Part shown: in pieces, positions 12,589-25,573 of the stretch
Layout: every line of letters begins with the position of its first letter
Numbering within the stretch: position 1 is the first letter of the stretch
Source: Octopus bimaculoides
Taxonomy: Eukaryota
Length of the DNA: 64,000 nt
Assembly: GCF_001194135.2 (NCBI RefSeq)
Contig: NC_068992.1
Coordinates: forward strand, 27,460,724-27,524,723
Reading direction: 5' to 3'
Position numbers and translations under genes: made by a program
Notes under the pieces: generated by a model
The model's database searches: none
What the model was told of the DNA's origin: nothing
The model's input: only the letters and a program-made list of their open reading frames with translations

Positions 12589-12905
12589 TGTTGATTGTTT
12601 TTAACCATCACAATACCACCACCATCGCCACCACAACTGCCATACACACACCATTCCGACTTCTGACGCCACCACCATCAACACCTTTGCCTTTGCTGCC
12701 TTCCCCATCACCACTGTCTTTCACATCCTTTACTGTCACCATCACACTTGACCGCCTCAGCTACCATCACCACCATCACTGTCGCCTCTCCCTCTATCAC
12801 AACTACAGCTCATATTATTACTTTCACCCCATTACCATCTCAACTGTCAATCTACTACCACCCTCATCGTCTCTATGCCTACTATTACTCTCACCCCAGC
12901 AAGAG
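12527..12905. repeat. (CT)n microsatellite followed by degenerate (CAC/CAT/ACT) low-complexity tract
   Basis: Directly visible. Confidence 0.85.
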
Positions 12906-13099
12906 GGGTAGAATAAGTGTCACTGAATAGTGAGAGGGGTGTCAAAGTGTGACATACTGACACACAGAAATTCGTTTTCACATTTATTATTATAGATTAA
13001 AGTTTGATGGCCAAAAGATTTTCTTTGCAGAGGTTAATTAATTGCATTAAAGCGCATATGTTACCTGAGCCCGCCCACCTGAAGTTGATACATTTATAG

Positions 13100-13272
13100 C
13101 AGTGCTCCACAACCTTTTTTCACTTGCAGTATACCTATATTCTTTTCAAAATTCGGAGGTACTCCTAAACTAAAAGTATAGGGGGAAAATTATATTCAGG
13201 CTACACTGCCGCACACCTAGCATCACCTCTTGGCACACCAGTGTGCCACGGCATACCAATTGTGGAGCACTG
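13100..13272. mobile_element. hAT (Buster-type) MITE
   Basis: Perfect 13-bp TIR CAGTGCTCCACAA/TTGTGGAGCACTG; degenerate 8-bp TSD atttatag/gtttacag with central TA. Confidence 0.8.
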
Positions 13273-13374
13273 GTTTACAGAAAAAGAACATACAGATGCT
13301 TTGATTCAATGACGTCCAGCAGATGATAATATGAATTACAAATTTAAATTTTGAATTCTGATTCAACAGCTGAA

Positions 13375-15540
13375 TGTCATCGTTTGGAGTTGTAAATGAA
13401 AGAGAGAGAGTACAAAGGAAAATTGAATGAATTTTGTGGAACTTTTAAGGATTTTCTTTGCAGCTAACGACATGGAAGGTTTACTATTGTCAGTGACTGG
13501 TGCAAAAAATTATTCAATTTTTCTAAGTCTAAGCAATGATAAACAGGGTGGAAAAACATTTGACGAACTCTGTCAGCTGAGGGAGAAACATTCACTCTGC
13601 CCCAATGAAATTCATATGCGGTTTTTGTTCTATTATTAAGACAGAACAGGCCAAGAAACCATCAGCTAGTATATCTCAACGGAGAGGAAAATGTCTGAGG
13701 AGTGTCATTTTGGGGACAAACTTAATGCACACCTAAGAAAGTGAGGCTAGTGGTAGGAGTCCAGAATGAGAAAACTCAACAACCGCTCAATGAAAGGTCA
13801 TTGACGTTAGAGAGCGCCCTTGAAATATTGGTTGCAACTGGATCAGCCACAAAATATTTTAAGGACATCCAGAACATGCAATGATTACCAAGAACATGAA
13901 TTTCAAAAACCTTTCAGAGAAACGTAAATGCTGTCATTATGGAAATACCACCCATCCTGCAATTGTGTGTCTTTTCAATAGTGAGGAATGTTTTACATGC
14001 AAGTATATCAGACATAGTCATAAAAGATGTAAACAATCTGGTGAGGAAAGGAAGGGTGACAGAAAAACTGCAGTAAATAACATGGATAAGAGGGAAGATG
14101 GTTGTTGTGGGAAGGAGTCAAATAAAGCAACAGAGAGGTTGTAAATGTATACAATGGATGGGTCACGTTCACCCAGTACAGGAAAATGATAATGGAGTCA
14201 GACACAGGTGTTTCTTACTCAATGATAAATTTGAGAAATTTGCAAGAGACGCCAGTGAGATTAAAAACGCTATATTACACTGCAATTGCTGAAATAAAGC
14301 CATACTTCAGCAAACAAGAAGTGAGTTGGTGAAGCTGATGATGTACTGTGGGGAAATCGAGTAGTTATCCCTCCAAAACTGTTACACCAGACCCATGAAA
14401 TGACATGTAAGACTTGTGAAGTATGTATGCATTCAAGGTCAAAGCAGACCAAAACAAGTTCCAATTCATCTTTGGAAATATCCAAGTCAGCCATTAGAAA
14501 GAATATATGGTAGACTTTGCTGTTTCATTCATAGGACATGTTCTTAATTGTTGTTGATGCATACTCAACATAGACGGAAGTCTGTATCATGCATTTGGTG
14601 AAGACCACAGCAACAGTGGTGAAATTGAGAAGAATCTTGTCTGTCTGTGATATTAATAGTTAATAAAGGGTGTGAACTAGCAGAACCATTAGCATGCTGG
14701 GTAAAATTTCGTCCATCTTTACGTTCTGAGTTCAAATTCTGCCAAGTTCAATGCTGCCTTTCATCCTTTCGGAGTTGATAAAATAAGTACTGTAGAGCAC
14801 TGGGGTCAATGTAATAGACTTAACCTCTTTCCTGAAATCTCTAGCCTCGTATAAAATTTGAAACCAATAATGGTCCATGTTTCGTTAGGTTAGCAAAGTG
14901 TTTGAATTGTTTACAGATTTTAATGGAATAAAGCATTCACCATTCCATATCACCTTTCTTCAAATGGCGAAACGGAGCGCACTGTTCACCCATTGAAAGA
15001 GGCAATAAATAAAATGTAAGTGGACAAGAAAGGCACAATCGAAATTATGGTCAACTGATTCTCAGAGCTCATCATTCAACAACTGGAGCTTCTTTAGCTT
15101 AAGTATGGTTCATGGACCACTTTTTACCTACTGACTGTCGAGTTCTAGGGAGGTCAATATAATATAGAACAAAAGACTAAGACATGACGTGCTGTGTGCA
15201 TTTAAAAGAGATGATTGTATTCTTGTACGGAATTTTGGAGCTGATGAGTGCTGGGTGGGAGCTGTAAATTGTGAAGTAAGAATTGTTGGTAGCATGTTAG
15301 AATGATATGGTGATCAACTTCTGAAGTCTCCAACCCAGTCAGCTAAAGTATTGGTACTTCATGTTCCTACTGTTACAGCAACTGAGATTTCTGTTATTTC
15401 TTGAATGCCTGAAGTTTCTAAGTTACATGAAATGCTAGGTAAAGTTCCTGAATAGCCTGAGGCATCAATTTTTGCCGATTCTCTGCTGTGAGATACTGTT
15501 GCCTCTCTAATGCATCTGAAGCATCGGCTGGTCCTGAAAT
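13375..15540 (+). mobile_element. Decayed Ty3/Gypsy LTR retrotransposon: gag plus integrase, protease-RT-RNaseH apparently deleted
   Basis: Gag-like FFAANDM...LLLSVTGAKNYS...KTFDELC. CCHC knuckle CFTCKYIRHSHKRC near 14000. Integrase motifs WGNRVVIPPKL, FLIVVDAYS, PYHLSSNGETERTV. SINE inserted at about 14670-14865. No LTRs seen. Confidence 0.85.
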
Positions 15541-15709
15541 TTGCAAGTCAAGTCATGGATGTCACCCACTCTCCAGATAAAAATGATTATGTGTGTGGAA
15601 AACACTAATTAACAGTTCAAGGTATTGCATCAACAAGAACATGGAAGCAAAGGAAATAACTAAAATGCTAATCTTCCTGCAAAATCTACCAATAGTTGTT
15701 TTGCTTAAT

Positions 15710-16095
15710 GTAGATGCAGGCGTGGCAAGCTTACTTCCCAACCACATAGTTCTGGGTTCAGTCACACTGCATGCCATCTTGGCCAAGTCTCTTCTACTAT
15801 AGCCTCAGGCGGACCAAAGCCTTTAGTGGATTTGGTAGATGGAAACTGAAAGAAGTCCATCATATACATATATATCAATGTTCATGTTTTTGTCTTTGTG
15901 TTTGTCTCCTACCACTGTTTGATAACCAGTGTTGGTGTGTTTATGTCCTCGTAACACAGCGGCTCAACAAAAAGAGCCAATAGAATAAGTACCAGGCTAA
16001 AAAAAAAAATAGTACTGGGGTTGATTTATTTGACTAAATATTCTTCAAGGCAGTGCCCCAGCATGGCTGCAGTCTAATGACTGAAACAAGTAAAT
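15710..16095 (+). mobile_element. SINE copy (11279 family)
   Basis: Similar along its whole length. Confidence 0.8.
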
Positions 16096-17249
16096 CAACA
16101 AAGGGACTCATACATTGGTTTCAAATTTTGGTCCATGGCCAACAATTTCAGGGGACGGCAGAATTCAATTAGATTAAGCCCACTGCTCAACTGGTACTTA
16201 TTTTATCGACCCCGAAAAGATGAAAAGCAAAGTCAACCTTGGCATAATTTGAACTCAAAGTAAAACATTTGCTGTCTTATATTAATATATATGTGTGTTC
16301 CAATATGACAGATGGTTATAAGGACTGATCGTGTTAAACCAGAGTATTTTGATCATTTTGTTCTGTATTATACATATGTCTACTAAAATAAAGCTAAGGA
16401 GAGCTAGCAAACAACATCTGATAAGGAATGAGAGTGCTGTAGTCAAGAATAAATCTGAAATAAGTATAAACATTATCAACAAAGGACAAATTTACTAAGG
16501 CTTCCTTCTACCTACATGCACATAACTATAGACTTGGCACTTAAATAGGCAGCCAAGTACATTGATAGGTGCAAGCGAAAGAGATAGCAGGCAAGTAAAT
16601 AGGAAGGTAAGCAGGTAACTAGATAGGCAGGTAGGTCGTGAGCAAGGGAAAGAAGAAAAGAGATATCAGTTTGTTGAAGATACATTACAAAACTATCATT
16701 TAAAATTCTAGGTTGCAATACAAAATGGTAAATAATTTAGTGTTTTATACATTGAAAGGTTGGCAGTTGTACCCAAATGTTGAGATGATGAAATTCGAGA
16801 GAACCCAACACTGCAAGGATGATGATGATGTTGATAGTAATGCTTATTGATTACTATTATAATCCACTTCCTAATGCTAATCCACCACCAGGCAGTGGAT
16901 CGACAGAGTCATTAGGGTCTTGTGGTATTTAGTTACAGCTTTTTACATTCTGAGTTCATATCCCATCAAGGTCAACTTTTCTTTTCACCTTTCTGAAGTC
17001 ATTAAATATAGTTCTAGCCAAGTAATAGGAATGACTTAATCATCTTATCACTCTTCCAAAAATTGCAGCTTTATACGTACGTTAAAATCGAAAAGAGCAA
17101 AACTCTGCCTTCTCTATTTGCTACAAAATGTCTTTGTGGAAGAAAAGAAAAAACTTTTTTCATGGGAATGAAAAAGGATTTGTGATCATTTTATATTCAA
17201 TTTTTTTTTTTACATGTTTGCATAGATTGAGATGTATTTATTGTCTAGT

Positions 17250-17640
17250 GGAGGCGCAATGGCCCAGTGGTTAGGGCAGCGGACTCACGGTCATAGGATC
17301 GCGGTTTCGATTCCCAGGCTGGGCGTTGTGAGTGTTTATTGAGCGAAAACACCTAAAATCTCCATGAGGCTCCGGCAGGGGATGGTGGCGAACCCTGCTG
17401 TACTCTTCCACCACAACTTTCTCTCACTCTTTCTTCCTGTTTCTGTTGTGCCTGTAATTCAAAGGGTCAGCCTTGTCACACTGTGTCACGCTGAATATCT
17501 CCGAGAACTACGTTAAGGGTACACGTGTCTGTGGAGTGTTCAGCCCCTTGCACATTAATTTCATGAGTAGGCTGTTCCGTTGATCAGATCAACTGGAACC
17601 CTCGACGTCGTAAGCGATGGAGTGCCAACAACAACAACAA
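17250..17640 (+). mobile_element. tRNA-derived SINE (octopus OR-like) with (CAA)n tail and 11-bp TSD
   Basis: tRNA-like head with A box (tggcccagtgg) and B box (ggtttcgattcc); TSD atttattgtct at 17236-17246 and 17640-17650. Confidence 0.88.
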
Positions 17641-17689
17641 TTTATTGTCTCACCATTAATGTAATTTTTTGTCATCTTTCTGAATTCAG

Positions 17690-18370
17690 TATTCTAGGAT
17701 CACTAGTCTCCATCACTTTTTCTTACATCTTCTTTTATAAATTCCATCCACTCCAACTGTTTCATACTTCTTTACCCAACTTCAAACACATCACATGCCC
17801 ATACCAGTGCAATCACTTCTCCTGTACACTAAACCAATTCCTCTTATTCCCAGGTTTTTCCCTTAGCAGTCATTCATGTTCATTTAAATTCTTATTTAGT
17901 CTCTGCACATACCCTGCTTTCAATACCTTTATTTTTGCTACTATGCAACACTGCATTTCATACACAAGCCTGATACAATTTGCTCTTCACCAGAATAATT
18001 CTTTTCTTGTCAACTGATTCCAATAGTTGTTTGAATTTTCTCAACACATCCTTCATCTGGATACAATGATTTTATATTACACACCTCCACTGAACAGAAA
18101 TCATCAACTACTTTGAGGGGGGCTTTTCAAGCATTTGATAGTATTCATTTTGAGGGTGTTCTTACAGCTAACTATCTTATACATCAGTTGCATATAGAAG
18201 TCTTTTTGTCAACTTCTGTTCAAACTTACTGTATCTGTTGAGCCCCAATAATTAATATCAGGAGGAAGTATACTGAATCCCTTCCTACACTGTTTTTGTA
18301 AATCAAACATAGCCACTTCAGACCTGATACAGCACTAATAACTTGATTCCACTAGACTCCAAAATATTTC
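17690..18370 (-). mobile_element. Decayed RTE LINE RT C-terminal fragment
   Basis: Reverse complement resembles the EKLGIRGI...WYGHV segment of the other RTE copies. Confidence 0.6.
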
Positions 18371-21344
18371 CTTCTTAAATTCATTTCAGCTTTTATGAAA
18401 TGATAGCCCTTTTTAAAAATTTCTTTTTTATATAAATTAATGAAAAGTCAAACCAATTATATTTGAAAAACAAATAAATATCTCCAAATAAATATGGCTC
18501 ATTATGAGAAACTAAGAAATATTTGATATTGACAATGCTGATTATGTAACAATATTCACATCTGAGTTTGCAATACACATACAGAAAGTGTATTAATTTT
18601 AACTATACAAGACAAGAAAACAGTAAATTGGTTGAGGGACTAGAATTTTGGATAGTATACCTCTTGATATTTGTTCTGGTTTTCTGTACTATAAGTTCAA
18701 CTCTAGCTGAGATCAGCCACCATTTTTATTCTTTTCTCAATAAAGACATTACAGGTAATTTATTTATTGGGAAGTAAACTGGTAGAATTGTTAGAGTATG
18801 GAACAAGATATTTTATGATATCTGTTCCAACTCTTTCCATTCTGAAAGGAATACTTGTAATATCATTCATAGGTGTCAGGCTCTATTAACCCTTTTCCTT
18901 CGATGTTAGGGTCATGGAAAGGAGAGACTAGCAATCAATTGCTGGATTTCTATTACAAAAAAAAAAAAAAACTTTACTTATGGGGAACATTTTAGGTGCA
19001 GACCCATTATTTCAGGAAGCAAACTGGTGCTCCCAGAAATACTAGACAAAATTAACTGTTAACCTCTGAGAAGTCTTACAACAGCTATTAACTGCAAATA
19101 AAACTGAAGGCCTGAAGAACTATCACACACACACTCTTACCCTCTCTTCCTCTCTCTTTCTTTCTCTCTCTCTCTCTTTCTCTGACCACTTTAGATAAAA
19201 TCTGTCCTTAATCGGTTATTCCATGCTACCTTTCTTAGGGATTATTTTTTTGCTGAAAATGTACATTTGCTTTCTGTAGGGGGAAGTTATTTCAAAATTT
19301 GGATGATGTTCTTTGTGTTAATCATTCAACTGAAAAACATACAAATAACTAGGCAGGCTGAAACAAGCAAGATTATTAACACTGTCCAAAGACATAGCAC
19401 AATGGTTGTTGCAAAGATTCAAAAGTATGTTCTTTCAATATAAAAAAAAACGTAACTCATTCTATATAGTTTCATATATACAAAACTTCAAAACTAAAAA
19501 AAAAAAAAAAAAACTACAAATAATAATAATAATTTGTTTTACAAAGTACCAAATCCATTAATCTGTTTAGTTTAGAAGCAATCAAAGCAATGAACTTCAC
19601 ATATTATAAATAATTTCAATAATGTTCAGAAAATTAGGAATATCACATACCAATTTATATATCTATGGAATAAAAAAATTAAAATAAAGTTTGCTTCAAC
19701 AATCATATTTCATAGTTTTCAAATTTATAGAGGAAGAGAATGGAATGATGTAAAACTTAAGCCTTTCCCAAGAGCATTTGTTATTTAGTCATAATAAACT
19801 GAGTGTTATTATTGGCTCACTAGTAACTTATCTCTTACTCAACAGCATTTACCTTTGTTGATAAAACATTGATTTTTTTTGATAACTCATGAAGCTGGGG
19901 ATAAATGAGTGCACAGAGTTTCATTATATCACTGGCATTTATTTTATTGATAGTCAATGGAATCAACATGAAATTTGAACTCAGATCTAGATGGACAAAA
20001 CTAGATTGCTTAAGTTTTTTTGCAGTGGAACAGCCACCCCAGTCATCCATTAGTTGGGAAAAAATTAACTCTACTTAATATTTGGCTTTTCCATTGAAAT
20101 CAAAAGAAATTACAATCTTGTCACCTCTCAAAAGAATAATTAGTTTAAAAGAAGGTTGATAACACTGAAGACAAAGCAAGCAGGCTTTTATTTTTATAAT
20201 AATAGTAAGGACAAGAAAAGAAAGTAATAGTGTATTTGTACTGAATGGCTAAAGAAAACAAATACTGCTTTTCAACCTCAATAAATTAACACCTAAAACA
20301 GAAACATCCCAGGCTGAGTCAGCAGCCAGTGGCACACCCACCTATTGTTGATAGATGTTGTCATATTTAAGTTGACTGACAGCAGTCTTCCTTTGTGGGG
20401 AAAAAACAACACATAGGAAGCATGACTGACTGTTGGTCTTGCAATGTCCCATAAGCACTCAGAAACACACACACACACATACAGATATGCACATATCCCC
20501 CCTCTTCCCTCTCTCTGTCTCTTTGTATTTTTTATAAACGGGTTTTAAGTTTCAATAAGAAACTATTGATAAAGTAAATTGATTTCTGTTGACCAGGCAC
20601 AAAGATAATCTATGGAGGAAAGGGAGAAGCATGGTTAAATGAATTGGCTCCACAGTATTAGTAGTACTTAATTATTTAAAGGCAAAGATGAACCATGTGG
20701 GTGGTATTTGAAACCTGAATGCAAAGTAACAAATCTACAATAAAGTATTCTTTAATATTTACACAGAAATCAAAAGCTGTGGTGTTTTTGTTTTCTAAGC
20801 TGCAAAAAGACCTGATTTTTTGATTCTGTGAATTCGCTAGAATCTAGGGAATTCACCACTTGCTATTTTCCCATTTATTTATAATCTGTGCAGTTGCAAA
20901 AGCAAGACATTATTACATGGTTAAGAAAGATTATCTGTTGGCATTTTTACAAGAGCACATCTGCTAACTATTATCTGTGTCATACAAACTATGCATGAAA
21001 ATACTGGCTGCACCATTAAAGCTATTTCTCAGGAAATCACATTTTTCTTACTTTTTTTTCTATTAAATGTTATGCTTATTTAAGAATATATTTTATATAC
21101 AAATGAATTTGTGACCCAAAATAATTAAATTATGCTTTATAATGATGCAGCTAGTTTGCCTCAAACTGCCTTCATATTCAGAAAATATTTGTCTTAGTTG
21201 TCAACATTTGAATTTGTTGATTTTTTTCATGGAAGTTTGAAATTGCTCACATGCATTTAAGGAGAGGTCAGTCTAGTCCCTGTCAAAGAGGAGGTCTAGC
21301 AGAAGAGAAGACAGGAAGGAAGATAAATACTATAGTGGTTAGAG

Positions 21345-24267
21345 TATAGCTTCCCAAAGTGGGTGATTTCAGCCTACAGGTGGGTGATGGGCTAATTTCT
21401 AGAAAATGGTGGATGATTTGAGATTCTGGTGGGCGATATGTGACAATGAACTTTTAGAAATTAAGTCCGCATTTATTTATATCTAGGCATGCCTAGAATA
21501 AGGATGCACTTACATCGATTTGACTACTCACATGAGATGTCAGTTTGTATTAAAAAAGCAAACTTGTTTATCGAATATTTTTGTCGCAGTCATTGAGATG
21601 GTTGTCATATGTCCAAAAAATAGCAGCCAAATAGGCCTAAGCCTTAAATCACATTCTACCACAATTTTTTTTTTCTGGCATAATCATATGAAGTACCATA
21701 TATAGAATTCAAATTCACAAAAATTTTCAGAAAACTCTGAAAAATAAAAAAGTTATGAGGGGTGACAGGTCATGGTTTCATTCCGTGGTTTCATATCAAA
21801 ACACAAGTGCTATTTTCAGGTTGTTGACAAAATGTGCAGTCACACACTAAATGACAGCTTTGAAATCGTGTAAAAATGATCAAACTTTAAACCTCTAAAA
21901 CTTTTTAAAAACATTTTTCTGGAAAAAGTTGAATAACTCCAGCAATTTAGCTTGGAAAGGTACATTAATGTGTCAAATTTAAAAATTTTAAATAAACATT
22001 AATTTTTGAAATCCTGGCAGTCAAACGAACTAGATCTGTATTTGGGAAGACCATACCGCCTTTCTGACACTGCCTGAAGAAATTCGTTTTCACATTTTCA
22101 CTTTACTGATGCCTCCAGTCTAGAAAATTTGTCAACAGTACAATAGTAATTATTTATTGTTAGGATTTATTCCCTCTCCTCAGAACTGTCAGTTACCAAT
22201 GTGCCTTCTTTGCCATCAAACATTGACCAATGAAACCTTCACACTTGAAGTATCACTTTGGTGCAAAGCATTCTGACAAGGACAAGCTGTTATACTTTTT
22301 GCATCTGAGCTCCTCTTTCAAAAAGCAAATACAAACATTCAACATGCTACTCCAGGAAACTAGTAAACAGGACAATGATGGGTTGATTGCATCGTACAAC
22401 ATTGCATTGCTTGTTGCTTAGTCTCAGAAATCTCACACAATTGGAGAAACATTACTTCGCCCAGTTATTGAAGAGGTTTTGTCAACCGTTATGTACAAAA
22501 AAACCCAATAACATTATGAAGAAGATCCCATTTAGTAATAACACAATTTCGCAACACATCGATGAAATGGCCAACGATGTTAAACATAAGCTCATTAATA
22601 GTTTCCAGCATTCTGAATTTTCTATACAAGTGGATGACTCAACTGTTGTGGACAATCAATGTTTGATGATGGTATATGTTCAGTTTTTCAGCAAAGACCT
22701 TCAACCCTGTGAGGCAATGCTGTTCACAGAGAAATTGCCACTTGATTCAAAAGGTGCAACTATTTTTCACGTTCTCAAGTCTTTCCTTTTTGAACATAAT
22801 TTCCCACTCAGTAATATTCTTACCTCTGCATCTGATGGAGTCCCTTCGATGATAGGAAGACACAGAGGTTTCATTCTCTCCTAAAGCATGAAATTTCCCA
22901 CCAGATACTAACTGTTCATTGCTTGGCACACGGGCATCATTTAGTGGCAAAAAATATGAACAGTAGATTGAATGATGTGCTGCAGTTAGTTATCAAGACT
23001 GTGAACAAATTGAAGTCCAGTCCCTTGTCTGATCGAATTTTCTATCAACTCTGTCTGAGAAACGATGAGGACCATACTAAACTCTTATACCATACCGAAG
23101 TGCAGTGGCTGTCAAAAGGAAACTGTGTTTTACGCTTTGTTGAACTGTTTCATAAAATGATATCTTTCCTTGAAGATACTATCCCCTTCATTGATGGCTG
23201 CAAGGTGCAGTATCTTTTTTCTTTGTTATATATTCACAAAATTAAATGATTTGCAAGGAAACAGAAAAATTCTCGTTGATTGTAAACCATTTATCACTAC
23301 CTTCATTTTGAAATTGGTGTAGTATAAGATTAACATTTCAAAACATCAATTCCATCAATTTCCACAACTTGATTCTTTGACAGATGAATTAGTTGATGAG
23401 GATTTTCTACATATTGCAACTATTTACAATCATTGCATGATAACATGGTGGAGCAATTTCAAGATGTTATTATGCTGAATATTCCAAATTGGTATAGAAA
23501 TCTGTTTGAGATTGATGCAATTGATTGCAAGGATAATATTCAGGAGGAATTGATAAAATTACAAAATGACAATGACACCACAATGCGATATCACCGTATT
23601 GGCAAAGAAAGTTTGTGGTACCATCTGAGTATATTGAATTCCTACCCCAATCTGTGGAAACATGTGAAATTACTTTTGCTTGCCTCCCCTACCTCATACC
23701 TGGTTGAATCTGGTTTTAACCATGTTGGAACTTTACTTTCCCTTAAAAGAATTGGACTGGATGTGACGACATGAGGAGACTTGCAGCTAAATTTGCCAAG
23801 TTTGAAGCTGAATGTATCTTCACTAGCTGCATCACACCAGATGCATGGTTCTCATTAAAAAGTTTATTTTTTCCCTTTATAATACAATCATTTTTGCATC
23901 AGTAGTTCTGATCAGTGATTCATTTGGGGAAAATGAAAATCAGTGTAAAAGAAAGCACAAGTTTCCAGAACTTAATCTGCTTGAAAAATATAGAGTTAAC
24001 ATTAGAATTTTATTCACACTAATGGCAAAACTAAACCCACAATAAGGGATTTGTAAACAACCACATATTTAGTCCAAATGGCACTAACAGGGCAACGAAT
24101 CTATGATAAAGTATATGTGTCAAATGATATGAGGGAGGGTCCTAGGGGATTTTGTGTTGGGGGGTTGTGTCAGAGTTTTCTTTTTTTACATAAGTGGGCA
24201 ATAGAGCATTTTCTGGCCAATAGGTGGGCGATATTGCAATTTGGCACGAAAAGTTTGGGAAACACTA
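21345..24267 (+). mobile_element. hAT DNA transposon, Buster/Charlie type, full-length but decayed
   Basis: Identical 8-bp TSD GGTTAGAG at 21337-21344 and 24268-24275 (nnnTAnnn). Imperfect TIRs tatagcttcccaaag / tttgggaaacacta. Internal transposase remnants. Confidence 0.92.
22180..23835 (+). pseudogene. Buster/ZBED5-SCAND3-like hAT transposase, frameshifted with stops
   Basis: Motifs across frames: MKPSHLKYHF, SHTIGETLL, FSIQVDDST, SDGVPSMIG, HCLAHGHHL, WLSKGNCVLRF, PTSYLVESGF. Confidence 0.93.
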
Positions 24268-24649
24268 GGTTAGAGTGTTCAGCTAATGATCATTAGGGTA
24301 GCATGTTGTGTCCTTGAGCAAGGCACTTCATTTCACATTGCTTCAGTCTACACAGCTGTAATGAGTACTAGCCATGTGCTGATACAGCTCACTCTCACTC
24401 TTCCTCCAGCTGCCACATCTTGGATGTTCTGCTGGGTCAAGAAGTGGTGGGGGAAGGGCTCTTGGCTCAAATACATAAACACCCAAAAGAATTGGTGACA
24501 TTTAATTGGTCCATGTTACCAGGCCATACACACACATGAGTGATGGCTGACTGTGTGTGTGTGTGTGTACTATGTGTGCATGCAGTGTGCGTGCATGTGT
24601 GTGTGTGTGCACAAAAAAAACATATACATAAACGCAGATAGATAACCAA

Positions 24650-24810
24650 CAGGTCTCAGATCTCAACCTTCTAGGCCATAGCAGTGGAGTTTATGACTAG
24701 TTGTCTGTAGGCCTTTCTACATGTTGATGAGCTAGTTCCCATAGCTGAATTTTTCAAAGAGTTGGAGACAAAATTCAAATTGGAGAAGCAAAGCTTAGAA
24801 TTAAATTAAA
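24650..24810 (+). mobile_element. RTE LINE RT fragment
   Basis: FLHVDELVPIAEFFKELETKFKLEKQSLE, similar to the LLYADDLVLIAES RT motif. Confidence 0.55.
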
Positions 24811-25531
24811 TATTATTCATCTTTTCTTTTATCTATTAGTCAGAAGAAAAGATAGCGTCAATGACAGTTTACAGAGCCTCCATGACTAGTAGGCAGAAGG
24901 AAGGAAGGTATCCTTAAACTAGGTATCTGGCCAGAGTATAGACTCTGTTAAAGGCATCCAAGGTGTCATGTGTCCATATGATGGATTAAATAGGCCCTGG
25001 TGGAATTTGAACTAAGAATACAAAGTATTAGAACAAATTCCACAAGGCATCTGGTCTAATATTCTTACAGTTTGGCCAATTCACCACTTGGTACATTTTA
25101 TCAACCCCAAGAGGATAAACAGTGAAGCTGATCTCAGCAGATTTGAATTCAGAACAAAGAAAGTTAGAACAAATATCTCAAAGTGATTGCTCCAATGCTC
25201 TGAAACAACTCTCTTGATTCACTGCCTCAAAGTAAAGACAAAAGTTTTTGCTAGCAGCAAAGTAGACAATATGACTCTGTTGCTATCTGTAAAGTGGTTA
25301 TTCACTGCTATACTGAATGTAATTCTCAGAGATCCTTATGACAGTGTTTGATAATGGTCTGTTCTTTGTTCTCCACACTTGTGGTATTCAGTTTTCCTGT
25401 GAGTAACCAACCAGAAACCTTCTTTTTCATTGGTTTACATTTCAAAGGATTGGGAACATGAAGTAAGTATTGGGAACAGAAATCACATCTGGCTATAGAA
25501 AATCAACCCTAAAAAATTCTGTCTATATTTC

Positions 25532-25569
<38 letters not shown>

Positions 25570-25573
<4 letters not shown>

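Noticed and set aside
17250-17325. tRNA gene
   Set aside because: tRNA-like head of a SINE, continuing into SINE body, tail and TSD; same for 60691-60750
19835-20050. 71-aa ORF as an exon
   Set aside because: Largely a decayed SINE copy read in frame by chance
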